From assembly GCA_964610875.1 (NCBI GenBank), contig CAZSWP010000005.1, positions 37,728-101,727 on the forward strand: a DNA stretch of 64,000 nt, given 5' to 3'. Below are positions 1-9,106 of the stretch, piece by piece. The notes under the pieces were generated by a model. That model made no database searches. It was not told where the DNA came from and saw nothing but the letters and a program-made list of their open reading frames with translations. Each line of letters starts with the position of its first letter. Within the stretch, counting starts at the first letter, position 1. The position numbers and the translations under genes were made by a program. The stretch comes from an uncultured archaeon. Lineage in GTDB: Archaea > Asgardarchaeota > Thorarchaeia > Thorarchaeales > Thorarchaeaceae.

Positions 1-95
1 TAATTGGCGGTTGTAGCAAGACCGAATCCACTTACAACACCAAGTACAATCATAATTACAACGATAAGATTTTGCGGCTTTGTGTCTGATATCAC
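1..95 (-). CDS. 5' part of a membrane/secreted protein running off the window edge
   Basis: GTG at 95 behind AAGGTGA; reads (M)ISDTKPQNLIVVIMIVLGVVSGFGLATTAN, hydrophobic and open to the edge. Confidence 0.55.
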   Translation of the reverse strand, partial: MISDTKPQNLIVVIMIVLGVVSGFGLATTAN

Positions 96-170
96 AACGA
101 GTCACCTTGATTAAATTCCCAATATTTCCAATATCTTACTTCCGCTCCACGCAGATTTCTTGTTTTCATG

Positions 171-1040
171 TCACACACCTAGTATTATCAAACCAGCTAT
201 ATGTATAATCCAAGGGGCTATAGCAAGAATAGCTGGGAGTGGAATAGCAGGCAGGATTTCATCATCCTTAGCTAAGATAGTCACATTGATAATAATACCT
301 GCAAGCGCAAGTATCATTGACATCAACCAGACATAGATTGGAAAGAAGACGAATGCATGTGCAGACACTAATGAGAATGCAACATAATCTCCCACCCCAA
401 CTGTAACAGTTTGACTTTGAATTCTGGTATAGTCAAATGGATCATCACCAATTCGACCAGACATCATTGCAGCTTCTGCCACGGGAGAATATCTCGTGAG
501 AAAGAAATCCTCTACAACCAAAGTTACTACTAAGACAAACATTGTTGAAGTAACCATTGTTATCCCAAGAAATATTCCGAATATACTACCATAGAATGCA
601 ACAAAGATATTTTTCAGTAGAGGAGGGATGGCGTCCATAAGTATCATTGCGAGCGAGAGCATAGCCACTCCTAGTGATACTATCATAACAATCCCTTGGA
701 ATATGTTTCCAGCACCTTTGAAGAGTATCAATAGAAAAGATTCCCCAATAAAGACCGACACGAAATAGAGAATTGGAGATACAATGAATGCGATCATGAG
801 TCTCTTGGCTCCGCGACCTCTACGCTTCAAGACCCAGAAAAGCGAAAGAATAACTACTGTTCCCAGCAGAACCGACACAAATGCCTGCAGAACCAATTGG
901 TTGGGAGTATAGGTTGGAGCGGAACCTATGATTTGACCGATATATGATGAATCTAAGACTGATGCTGCAAATATTGAACCAATTGCAAGGGGCAGTGCTG
1001 AAAGAAACACCATAATCTGGTAGGGTCTATCTGTATTCAA
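171..1040 (-). CDS. Presenilin/signal-peptide-peptidase-type (A22, GxGD) intramembrane aspartyl protease
   Basis: Multi-pass membrane protein; VEDFF (first Asp, YD-equivalent), GVGD and C-terminal LPAIP (PAL-like) motifs in the expected order. Confidence 0.75.
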   Translation of the reverse strand: MNTDRPYQIMVFLSALPLAIGSIFAASVLDSSYIGQIIGSAPTYTPNQLVLQAFVSVLLGTVVILSLFWVLKRRGRGAKRLMIAFIVSPILYFVSVFIGESFLLILFKGAGNIFQGIVMIVSLGVAMLSLAMILMDAIPPLLKNIFVAFYGSIFGIFLGITMVTSTMFVLVVTLVVEDFFLTRYSPVAEAAMMSGRIGDDPFDYTRIQSQTVTVGVGDYVAFSLVSAHAFVFFPIYVWLMSMILALAGIIINVTILAKDDEILPAIPLPAILAIAPWIIHIAGLIILGV

Positions 1041-1144
1041 CTATTCTCACCTGATTAGTAGAACTTCTATATCCATTAAAGAAAATAGGTTTGAGCAAGA
1101 GATGCTGAAGGATGATAAGAGGTTATTGAAAAAAAAGAAAGGTG

Positions 1145-1161
1145 AGGGGACGAAGTCCCCT
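1145..1161 (-). terminator. Stem-loop plus T-tract downstream of oppA
   Basis: AGGGGAC-GAA-GTCCCCT, followed on the minus strand by a T-rich run (about 1129-1140). Confidence 0.65.
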
Positions 1162-1175
1162 AAATATTACTAGAA

Positions 1176-3011
1176 CTATTTCTGTCTCATTAATACATAG
1201 CCACCAACAAGGATGACCACTGCAGCACCGACTGCACCAGCAACAATTGCCATTGTGAAGTCGACTGGTTCTTCAGTAGTCGGACCAGTATCGGTGTCTT
1301 GTGTCCTATCAAGACCGTAGAAGTAATTCTCGTTGTAGGTCAGCTCTGTGAACTCACCGGCAACATAGTCACTACAGTAGAATGGACCGGATGTAATCAT
1401 TTCATCTGGATCAGTTGGGTCTGGATTCCAGAGATTCCATCCATCAAGACCAATGTCTGTAAAGATATGCTTTGGTAGGATTGGTTTGTAAGACACAGTG
1501 TGCAGATGCCAGAATGATTCAGAGCTAAATTCAACAACCAATTGATAGGTTGTTGGTGCGAAAGCGGCTGTCATATCAGTCAAATCTGCACCGTATGGAT
1601 TACCAGGAGCATCACGGAAGTAGTTCAATGAGAATGCTACATCTGCAGCGGTAAGTGGTGTTCCATCAGACCAAGTAGCGTTCTGAACCATATCAAATGT
1701 AAATCGGGTGTAACCCTCAGGTACATCATCATTGTCGTCACTGGTTTCAGCAATGTATGACTCAGCAAGCCACATTACATCTGTACCATCTGGGGCAATG
1801 CCAAATAAGCCATCCCACATCATGTTGTTCACGTTTGCCGCATATGCAGATGAACTGACCATGAAGTTGAATGAGTCAATGTCAAGTGGATTGCTCCAGC
1901 GGAATGTTCCACCGAATGGACCACCCTCAGACTCCTTCAAGTGAACCTTGTAGTTGGTCCACCAACCTGGTACACCATCACTTACATCGTTAACGTAACC
2001 TTCGAACTTATCAGTTCTGTAAGCTGAAAGAAGGACGTTCTCATAACAGATGATCATTGGTGATTGATATATCCAGACCTTCTGCATCTCGATAGCTGCC
2101 TCATATACATCATCATAGTCTGTTGCGTAGAGGAGCTGGTTTCTCCAGGAATCATAAGTGTCGTTTCTGAAGTTGGGGAAGTTCCAGTAGGGTTCGTCTG
2201 CATATTCTGACCAGAATTCATATGCAAGCCAGTCAACATCAAATGAACCGAATGAAGATCCAAGGAATACGATATCGTAGTCTCCGTGGAAGTACAATCT
2301 GTTCAGATACTCGTAGAAATCAGTTGGTGTTGAACTTGCATCAATGTGTAATGCATTGAGTGCTTCAGCGACCTTCTGACCGACTTCAATAGCAATGCTT
2401 GACGACTGAGCACATTCTACAAGAATATCGAATGCGTTACCATGTGGATCATTTCTGAATCCAGTAACTTCATCAATATCGAAACCACTGTCATTCAACA
2501 TCTGGTTACCAAGTAGAACATTTGCCTCATAGTAAGTCTCAGTCAACTGTTTCTCAATTGAGAATGGGTTTACCTGTGGTACAACGCTGTCCTGTGGGAA
2601 TGATAGACCATCCCACACGTCGTCTGAGATTGCTTCTTTGTCAACTGCGAATGCAAGTGCACGTCGTAAAACAGTATAGTTTAACGGGTTTTTGGCTGTG
2701 TTAATTGTAACATATCCATAACCATTACGAAGCACATTCGCAACATCAATGTTTTCGGCTTCTTCCAGAGCTGGTAAGAAGCTTGGATCAACCATATCGC
2801 CAATAAGGTCGATCTCATTATTTTGTAGCGCTAGTACTTGCTGATCGTCCTGCGTGATTACGTTGAAGACTAGTTTGTCAATATATGGACCACTTTTGGA
2901 ATGACCCGGTAAAGTAGTCTGGGCATTAACAAACATAGGTGAAATAGCCATCAACATAAAAGCAGCAGTTAACGATAAGGCAAGTGCTCTTTTAGCACGA
3001 CTGCTAGCCAT
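1176..3011 (-). CDS. oppA: Peptide ABC transporter substrate-binding protein (family 5, OppA/DppA), C-terminally anchored
   Basis: Signal peptide; WSDGTPLTAADVAFS, LRRALAFAVDK, SGPF motifs; Thr-rich linker and C-terminal TM anchor. Confidence 0.9.
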   Translation of the reverse strand: MASSRAKRALALSLTAAFMLMAISPMFVNAQTTLPGHSKSGPYIDKLVFNVITQDDQQVLALQNNEIDLIGDMVDPSFLPALEEAENIDVANVLRNGYGYVTINTAKNPLNYTVLRRALAFAVDKEAISDDVWDGLSFPQDSVVPQVNPFSIEKQLTETYYEANVLLGNQMLNDSGFDIDEVTGFRNDPHGNAFDILVECAQSSSIAIEVGQKVAEALNALHIDASSTPTDFYEYLNRLYFHGDYDIVFLGSSFGSFDVDWLAYEFWSEYADEPYWNFPNFRNDTYDSWRNQLLYATDYDDVYEAAIEMQKVWIYQSPMIICYENVLLSAYRTDKFEGYVNDVSDGVPGWWTNYKVHLKESEGGPFGGTFRWSNPLDIDSFNFMVSSSAYAANVNNMMWDGLFGIAPDGTDVMWLAESYIAETSDDNDDVPEGYTRFTFDMVQNATWSDGTPLTAADVAFSLNYFRDAPGNPYGADLTDMTAAFAPTTYQLVVEFSSESFWHLHTVSYKPILPKHIFTDIGLDGWNLWNPDPTDPDEMITSGPFYCSDYVAGEFTELTYNENYFYGLDRTQDTDTGPTTEEPVDFTMAIVAGAVGAAVVILVGGYVLMRQK

Positions 3012-3221
3012 TGTCTCTCTATCTCCTTAATTCCGAGTCGAATCGGATAACAGATAAAAACAATTCCATCATAAAAGGCTTATGCTGTTTCTCAATACAC
3101 ATTCCTGCATATAGCTTTTGTCAATAGATATTTGAAAAAATGAGAAGTTCGTAATCATTTTCAGAAAGCAGAGAGAGATGAGTGAGAAGAAAATCCTCCC
3201 ACTCCATCTATAGTTATATGC

Positions 3222-4793
3222 CTATCTTTCTCTTAATCTTGGGTTTAATACTTGGTCCAGCGTATGACCAACAAATGTGAATGCAAGCGAGATACTTGTA
3301 ATCATCAGCCCTGGGAAAACAACTACCCACCAGGCACCATTGCTGAAACCACCTGAACCTTGTGCATCAGCTAGCATTCTACCCCAGCTTGGAGCGCTCG
3401 GATCAGTCAATCCAAGAAATGCAAGCCCTGATTCTGAGAGGATCGCACCTACAACACCTAGTGTGATGTTAGCAAAGAGGATTGGTGTCACGTTAGGCAA
3501 AATGTGTCTGAATATGATATAAGTGTCAGACGCACCAATAGCGCGTGCTGACTCCACGTAAGCCTTGTTCTTCTCAGCCATCACCTGCGACCGTATCAGT
3601 CGCGACGTCCCCGTCCAACCAAGTATTGAAATCACGACGATAATGTTCTCAATGGTCGGTCCGAGGAATGCTGCCAAGACCATCATAAGCGGTAATCCGG
3701 GGATGACAAGCAGGAAGTCTACTACTCGCATGAGGGCTTCATCAATTTTCCCACCGAAGTATCCTGCAACTAGTCCTACAATAACACCAACCGCTGTAGA
3801 TAGTCCTGTTGCTACAATACCAATTGTCAGAGATACTTGAGAACCGTAAACGAGTTGACTCCACGCATCTGCACCTTTATCTGTAGAACCGAGAAGGCCA
3901 AAATAATCACCATAGGCTTTTACTTCAAGTCCGACCAAGGAAACTTTGACAGACCCAGTATATTCTTCCCATGGATGAGATCCTAGATAATCCTGAAAAT
4001 AGTTTGTCGGTGCTAGACCTACTGCCATTGTAAGTTCATCCAGTGGATCATCTTGATTACCATCCTCGTCAGCAACCATTCCACGCCAGCCAGCACGGAT
4101 ATCAAAGTAGTTCAAATCAATCCTACGCGATTGTATCATTTCACTATATGGAGGATAGGACTGATAGACTCTCTGCCAATTGCCAGATGAATCAATCAGC
4201 CAGAGATATAGTTTGAACATAAGGCCCCCCGCTTCACGAGTCTTAAAATCACCAGTAAGATGGGTTGAAAATGACAATGTGATGTTCACGTCACTTGGAA
4301 GGGCTTCATAAGGCCATTCAAACGTCTGAGTGAGATACACAAAGTCAAGGGTATCAGGCAATTGTCCATCAGGTTCAGAACGATACGACACACCATCACC
4401 CGCGGCATAATCCCATGTTAGATTTGTATGAGTAAGTCCAAAAGTACTATTTTCGTCCCCATGAGAAACAGAATATTGTTCAGTATGATTACCAGTAATC
4501 GTATAATCAGGTTCAAGAGTGAAATAAGGATTAGGCACAACTTGATTTGTGACTACACCATTAGGGTCGAATACAGACATCCATTCAGGGGCGAGAAAAC
4601 TCGGAGCGACTTTATTGTTTGGTGATGGGTCGTGAGTAGCCAACGTAGGAGCAGTTAGTGCCATTCCAGTATAGAATAACAGGATTAGAAGACCAATAAT
4701 CCCAATTTTATGTCTACTGAATTCTTTCCAAAATCCTACAATACTGACATACCAGTTGCTATCACGCCAGGATCCATGTTTTACTTGACTCAT
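3222..4793 (-). CDS. oppC: Peptide ABC permease OppC/DppC with large extracellular insertion (copy 1)
   Basis: LLGSTDKGAD, YVESARAIGAS (EAA loop), HILPN, PSWGRML, LNPRLR. Confidence 0.9.
   Translation of the reverse strand: MSQVKHGSWRDSNWYVSIVGFWKEFSRHKIGIIGLLILLFYTGMALTAPTLATHDPSPNNKVAPSFLAPEWMSVFDPNGVVTNQVVPNPYFTLEPDYTITGNHTEQYSVSHGDENSTFGLTHTNLTWDYAAGDGVSYRSEPDGQLPDTLDFVYLTQTFEWPYEALPSDVNITLSFSTHLTGDFKTREAGGLMFKLYLWLIDSSGNWQRVYQSYPPYSEMIQSRRIDLNYFDIRAGWRGMVADEDGNQDDPLDELTMAVGLAPTNYFQDYLGSHPWEEYTGSVKVSLVGLEVKAYGDYFGLLGSTDKGADAWSQLVYGSQVSLTIGIVATGLSTAVGVIVGLVAGYFGGKIDEALMRVVDFLLVIPGLPLMMVLAAFLGPTIENIIVVISILGWTGTSRLIRSQVMAEKNKAYVESARAIGASDTYIIFRHILPNVTPILFANITLGVVGAILSESGLAFLGLTDPSAPSWGRMLADAQGSGGFSNGAWWVVVFPGLMITSISLAFTFVGHTLDQVLNPRLRER
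3319..3914. repeat. 596-bp direct repeat, copy 1 (within oppC copy 1)
   Basis: Reads identical to 7002-7597 (offset 3683). Confidence 0.9.
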
Positions 4794-4948
4794 TGTACTT
4801 ACCTCTGAAACTATTCTATGGGAACATCAATGGTCCACTTTTTTTTTGGCATTACAAAGGCATGTGCTTCGGAGCGAAATAATGACTGCTTATCAAGATA
4901 TCTGAATGTACTGTAAAATTACAGTCCGATATTCAAAAAGAAACGAAA

Positions 4949-4969
4949 GGATGCCCCGGAGGGACATCC
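4949..4969 (-). terminator. Imperfect stem-loop plus T-tract downstream of oppB
   Basis: GGATGCCCCGGAGGGACATCC followed on the minus strand by TTTCGTTTCTTTTT. Confidence 0.5.
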
Positions 4970-4984
4970 ATGTTTCAACCTTGA

Positions 4985-6034
4985 CTACCCATACTTGATA
5001 CGCGGATCAAGCACACCATAGAGAAGGTCTGCTATGAAGTTAGCCAAAATGGCTGTAATTGCAATGATCATAAAGATTGCCTGAACGACTGGATAGTCCA
5101 GAATGAATAGGCTATCAAAGATATACCGACCCAGACCATACCAGTTGAACACCGTTTCTGTCAACGTTGCACCATTTATCAGGAATCCAAAAGTCATAGC
5201 AATGATAGTTACCATTGGCAACATTGCGTTCTTCAGTCCATGCTTGTACAGCACCTGGTTCTCATCAAGACCCTTTGCTCGTGCTGTGAGGATGTAATCC
5301 TCGGTCATCACGTCAATGAGGTTGTTTCTCATATAAAGAAAATATCCTCCATACCCGCCTACTCCAAGCGCAATCATCGGCAAGATGAGATGATGGAGGA
5401 TGTTTCCAGCAAGGACAAGTGCACCAAGTGGGTCATTCTTCACGCTTACCCACACGGAATAATCGATGGTTCCACCAAGTGGAAACGAAATGAGATTACC
5501 CGTCATTGCAGGTAGATAGAATGCGAATATCATCAAAAGCATCATACCCAACCAGAATATGGGAAGTGCATAGATGAAGAGTGCCACCGTGACAGCACTC
5601 ACGTCTTTTCGAGAACCGGGGTCAGCTGCAACTTTGACACCTGTCCAGATACCGAGAATGATTGAAACAATGGATGATGTACCCATTAACAACAGAGTGT
5701 TGGGTAATCGTGCCATTATCTCTTCCATTACGGGTTTCTGAGAAACAAATGATATACCAAAGTTTCCTGTGAACATGTTGACAACATAGCGCCAGAACAT
5801 GTAGATCCAGTCAAAGATGTCTGGATCAGGAACGAGTCCAAACCGTAGATACAGTTGTTCAAGAGCATCACGGGTGAGGTTCCTTCTAAGTTCCTCACTA
5901 ATCATAAGGTCAACTGGGCTGACACCTAATACAAGCGTTGGGAGTCTGAAGAGAAAGAAGTTGAAACACACTACAGCTACCACTAAGAGGAACATGTAGA
6001 TGCTTCTTCTAATAACGTACTCTCTAAGTCCCAT
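4985..6034 (-). CDS. oppB: Peptide ABC permease OppB/DppB
   Basis: GNFGISF, RLPNTLLL, DYILTARAKGL, ETVFNWYGLG, DPRIKY; start taken at MGLREY. Confidence 0.92.
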   Translation of the reverse strand: MGLREYVIRRSIYMFLLVVAVVCFNFFLFRLPTLVLGVSPVDLMISEELRRNLTRDALEQLYLRFGLVPDPDIFDWIYMFWRYVVNMFTGNFGISFVSQKPVMEEIMARLPNTLLLMGTSSIVSIILGIWTGVKVAADPGSRKDVSAVTVALFIYALPIFWLGMMLLMIFAFYLPAMTGNLISFPLGGTIDYSVWVSVKNDPLGALVLAGNILHHLILPMIALGVGGYGGYFLYMRNNLIDVMTEDYILTARAKGLDENQVLYKHGLKNAMLPMVTIIAMTFGFLINGATLTETVFNWYGLGRYIFDSLFILDYPVVQAIFMIIAITAILANFIADLLYGVLDPRIKYG

Positions 6035-6204
6035 TGTCAGACTCACCACATTTAGTACCTAGTGTCACTAAGTACTTTAAGGCTATATAATTCAAAGATT
6101 TCTTCCTAATAAGGATAATGTTCAAGGCGTTAATTATTCTAAGAAAAAATTGAGTAAATTTTTAGTTCATAGGTTCGTGCCTACTTACTCTATAGTGTAT
6201 GTAC

Positions 6205-6584
6205 CTATGTCAGATTCACATGTCCACGTTCCGAGTCATTAGAGATTGCATGTGCAATGCTGAACTCATCAGCGTTAATACAAAGTGCACCGTACTCTGG
6301 CATCTCTGTCAGATATTGGTCTGGCATATATTCGTTTGTTGCAACACCTTCAGGGTCGAACACAGACATCTATGATGGAGCAAGTAAACTGGGTGTAACC
6401 CTGATGTTTGGGGGTCGATTATTGGTTGCTACAAATGATGCACCAAATGCCATTCCAAAACAAAAAAAATGAGAAGTATTAAACCAAACATTCCAATTTT
6501 GTGATTACGATGTTGTTTCTAAAAATTGGAGAAACTAACATACCAATTACTTTCACGCCAATTAGATGTTTTTCCTCTGTTCAC
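6205..6584 (-). pseudogene. Decayed 5' fragment of a third oppC copy
   Basis: Aligns to about 8099-8476; retains WRESNWYVSF, HKIG, SVFDPEGV, YMPDQYLTEMPEY, ERGHVNLT; three TAG stops, a frameshift and truncation; upstream TACCTCTGAA matches that upstream of oppC copy 1. Confidence 0.85.
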
Positions 6585-6904
6585 AGTCTTTACCTCTGAA
6601 AGAATTTATGCATTATTAGAAATCATTACTAATCATTCTTTCAGGTAGTAATTGTATCGAATAATAAAAAGGATAATTTTCAGAGCATCTTTGTGTCATA
6701 GTTATTTGGTAAAATATGACTAATTACAAACTTAGAATTGTTTCCACCATTATCATTTGAACCTAACTATGTCATCAAATCAATACATTTACAGTTGGAA
6801 GTCATTCAAGATACTGATAAAAAGAAACAAATGCATTATTGCCGAAAAAAGAACAAAAAAGGAGATAGATGGGTCCCATGGTGGGCCCATCATTACTTTG
6901 AAAA

Positions 6905-8476
6905 TTACCTCTCGCGTAATCTTGGATTCAGAACCTGGTCCAGCGTATGACCAACAAATGTGAATGCCAATGATAGAACGGTAATCATCATTCCTGGAAA
7001 GACAACTACCCACCAGGCACCATTGCTGAAACCACCTGAACCTTGTGCATCAGCTAGCATTCTACCCCAGCTTGGAGCGCTCGGATCAGTCAATCCAAGA
7101 AATGCAAGCCCTGATTCTGAGAGGATCGCACCTACAACACCTAGTGTGATGTTAGCAAAGAGGATTGGTGTCACGTTAGGCAAAATGTGTCTGAATATGA
7201 TATAAGTGTCAGACGCACCAATAGCGCGTGCTGACTCCACGTAAGCCTTGTTCTTCTCAGCCATCACCTGCGACCGTATCAGTCGCGACGTCCCCGTCCA
7301 ACCAAGTATTGAAATCACGACGATAATGTTCTCAATGGTCGGTCCGAGGAATGCTGCCAAGACCATCATAAGCGGTAATCCGGGGATGACAAGCAGGAAG
7401 TCTACTACTCGCATGAGGGCTTCATCAATTTTCCCACCGAAGTATCCTGCAACTAGTCCTACAATAACACCAACCGCTGTAGATAGTCCTGTTGCTACAA
7501 TACCAATTGTCAGAGATACTTGAGAACCGTAAACGAGTTGACTCCACGCATCTGCACCTTTATCTGTAGAACCGAGAAGGCCAAAATAATCACCATAAAC
7601 CAAAGCACTAACTCTTGTGATTGTAACTGTGACAGAACCTTCCCATTCTGTTTCAGGAGATCCTCCCTGATAGTTACGGAAGTTGTTTGTTGGAGCCAGT
7701 CCAACTCGAACTTTCAGAACATCCTCAGGATCTATTTGATTACCATTCTCATCTTCAATCATCCCTCTCCAACCTTCAGCCATATCAAAATAGTTTAAGT
7801 CAATTCTTCTTGACTGAGGACTTTCACTGTAAGGAGGATAAGATTGATAGACTTTTTGCCAATCACCAGATGAATCATATAACCACATGTATACTTTGAA
7901 CATCAGTCCTCCTTCTACATTTTCTGCAAAATCACCAGTAAGAGCAGTAGCGAACTCGAGAGTCATGTTGACATCACTCGGCATACTCTCATAAGGCCAG
8001 TCAAATTGTTGTTCAAAGTAAATGAAATCGTAAGCATCAGGCAAGTTGCCAGTCGGGTCTGGAGGGACTCTCCAGAACATCTCACCAGGTGAGTGTTCCC
8101 ATGTCAGATTCACGTGTCCACGTTCTGATTCTTCTGAGAATGCATGTGCAATACTGAACTCATCGGAATTGCTACCCAACTTACTGTACTCTGGCATCTC
8201 TGTTAAGTATTGGTCTGGCATGTACTCATTTGTAATTACACCTTCAGGATCGAACACACTCATCCATGATGGTGCTAAGAAACCGGGTGCGACCTTTATA
8301 TTTGGTGATGGATCATGGGTTGCTAGAAAAGGAGCACCAAACGCCATTCCAACGTAGAAACCCAGCAGTAACAAGCCGAGTAGTCCAATTTTATGTTTGC
8401 GGTATTCTTTCCAGAAACCGGAAAAACTGACATACCAGTTACTGTCTCGCCAACCGCCTTTCTTTTTTTCAGTCAT
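6905..8476 (-). CDS. oppC: Peptide ABC permease OppC/DppC with large extracellular insertion (copy 2)
   Basis: Same motifs as copy 1; also 523 aa. Confidence 0.9.
   Translation of the reverse strand: MTEKKKGGWRDSNWYVSFSGFWKEYRKHKIGLLGLLLLGFYVGMAFGAPFLATHDPSPNIKVAPGFLAPSWMSVFDPEGVITNEYMPDQYLTEMPEYSKLGSNSDEFSIAHAFSEESERGHVNLTWEHSPGEMFWRVPPDPTGNLPDAYDFIYFEQQFDWPYESMPSDVNMTLEFATALTGDFAENVEGGLMFKVYMWLYDSSGDWQKVYQSYPPYSESPQSRRIDLNYFDMAEGWRGMIEDENGNQIDPEDVLKVRVGLAPTNNFRNYQGGSPETEWEGSVTVTITRVSALVYGDYFGLLGSTDKGADAWSQLVYGSQVSLTIGIVATGLSTAVGVIVGLVAGYFGGKIDEALMRVVDFLLVIPGLPLMMVLAAFLGPTIENIIVVISILGWTGTSRLIRSQVMAEKNKAYVESARAIGASDTYIIFRHILPNVTPILFANITLGVVGAILSESGLAFLGLTDPSAPSWGRMLADAQGSGGFSNGAWWVVVFPGMMITVLSLAFTFVGHTLDQVLNPRLRER
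7002..7597. repeat. 596-bp direct repeat, copy 2 (within oppC copy 2)
   Basis: Reads identical to 3319-3914. Confidence 0.9.
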
Positions 8477-8659
8477 TTTTCGGCCTCCGTATGAGTAAAA
8501 AGCTTCTTTATTCCGTTCTTAAAAACGCAACACAGTAAGACTTTTACTCTCTACTATCGTTCTTCCTAAGTAAGCCCTTGAGTTTGCACTAAAAAGCCTG
8601 CCTGTCTATGCGGAATATTCCAAAATAATTTGGAGAAATAAATGAACATTGGTAAATTC

Positions 8660-8968
8660 TCAAGCCTCATCTAGCTCATCTGTAAAAGGGTCGTAATCAT
8701 CCTCAGATGCATTTTCGTGTTCCTCATCGCGTTTCTCTCTAGCTTTGAAGATATCTTTTGTTCTTCTTGATGCCGCCCAAAGATCTGCAAATACCATTCC
8801 CACTAGGAAAACTGTAAGTACTCCTGTTAATGCCAATATTGAACCAATAAATTGAAGCGTTGGATGTAACCAAGCAAGTCCAAGACCTCCAAAAAGTAAG
8901 AGAATAGGTATTAGAAGAATTCTTTTTTTGGGTTCATCACGGGTTTTGGGGAATGTTTTAATTTTCAT
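8660..8968 (-). CDS. Small two-TM membrane protein with acidic tail
   Basis: 102-aa ORF with two hydrophobic helices, fills the gap. Confidence 0.6.
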   Translation of the reverse strand: MKIKTFPKTRDEPKKRILLIPILLLFGGLGLAWLHPTLQFIGSILALTGVLTVFLVGMVFADLWAASRRTKDIFKAREKRDEEHENASEDDYDPFTDELDEA

Positions 8969-9106
8969 AACAAAACCACAAATCCATAATCTATGACAAG
9001 CCTTTTACTGTTTTCGAAATGAGCGAGCAACAAATAAGGACTCAAGGTACTAACGTTACCATATCACGAGAAAACCTTTTGCCACTTCAGGTTTCTAGGA
9101 GTAAAG

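Noticed and set aside
3277-3840. Duplicated plus-strand ORFs (also 6960-7523)
   Set aside because: Antisense shadows of the duplicated oppC core
6257-6472. 71-aa plus-strand ORF similar to 8046-8357
   Set aside because: Both are antisense shadows; the real signal is the minus-strand oppC relic
6205-6584. Pyrrolysine/amber recoding of the oppC relic
   Set aside because: The fragment is also frameshifted and truncated, and TGG to TAG is a single transition
3319-7597. Diversity-generating retroelement template/variable repeat pair
   Set aside because: The copies are identical with no adenine-specific mismatches, and there is no reverse transcriptase in the window
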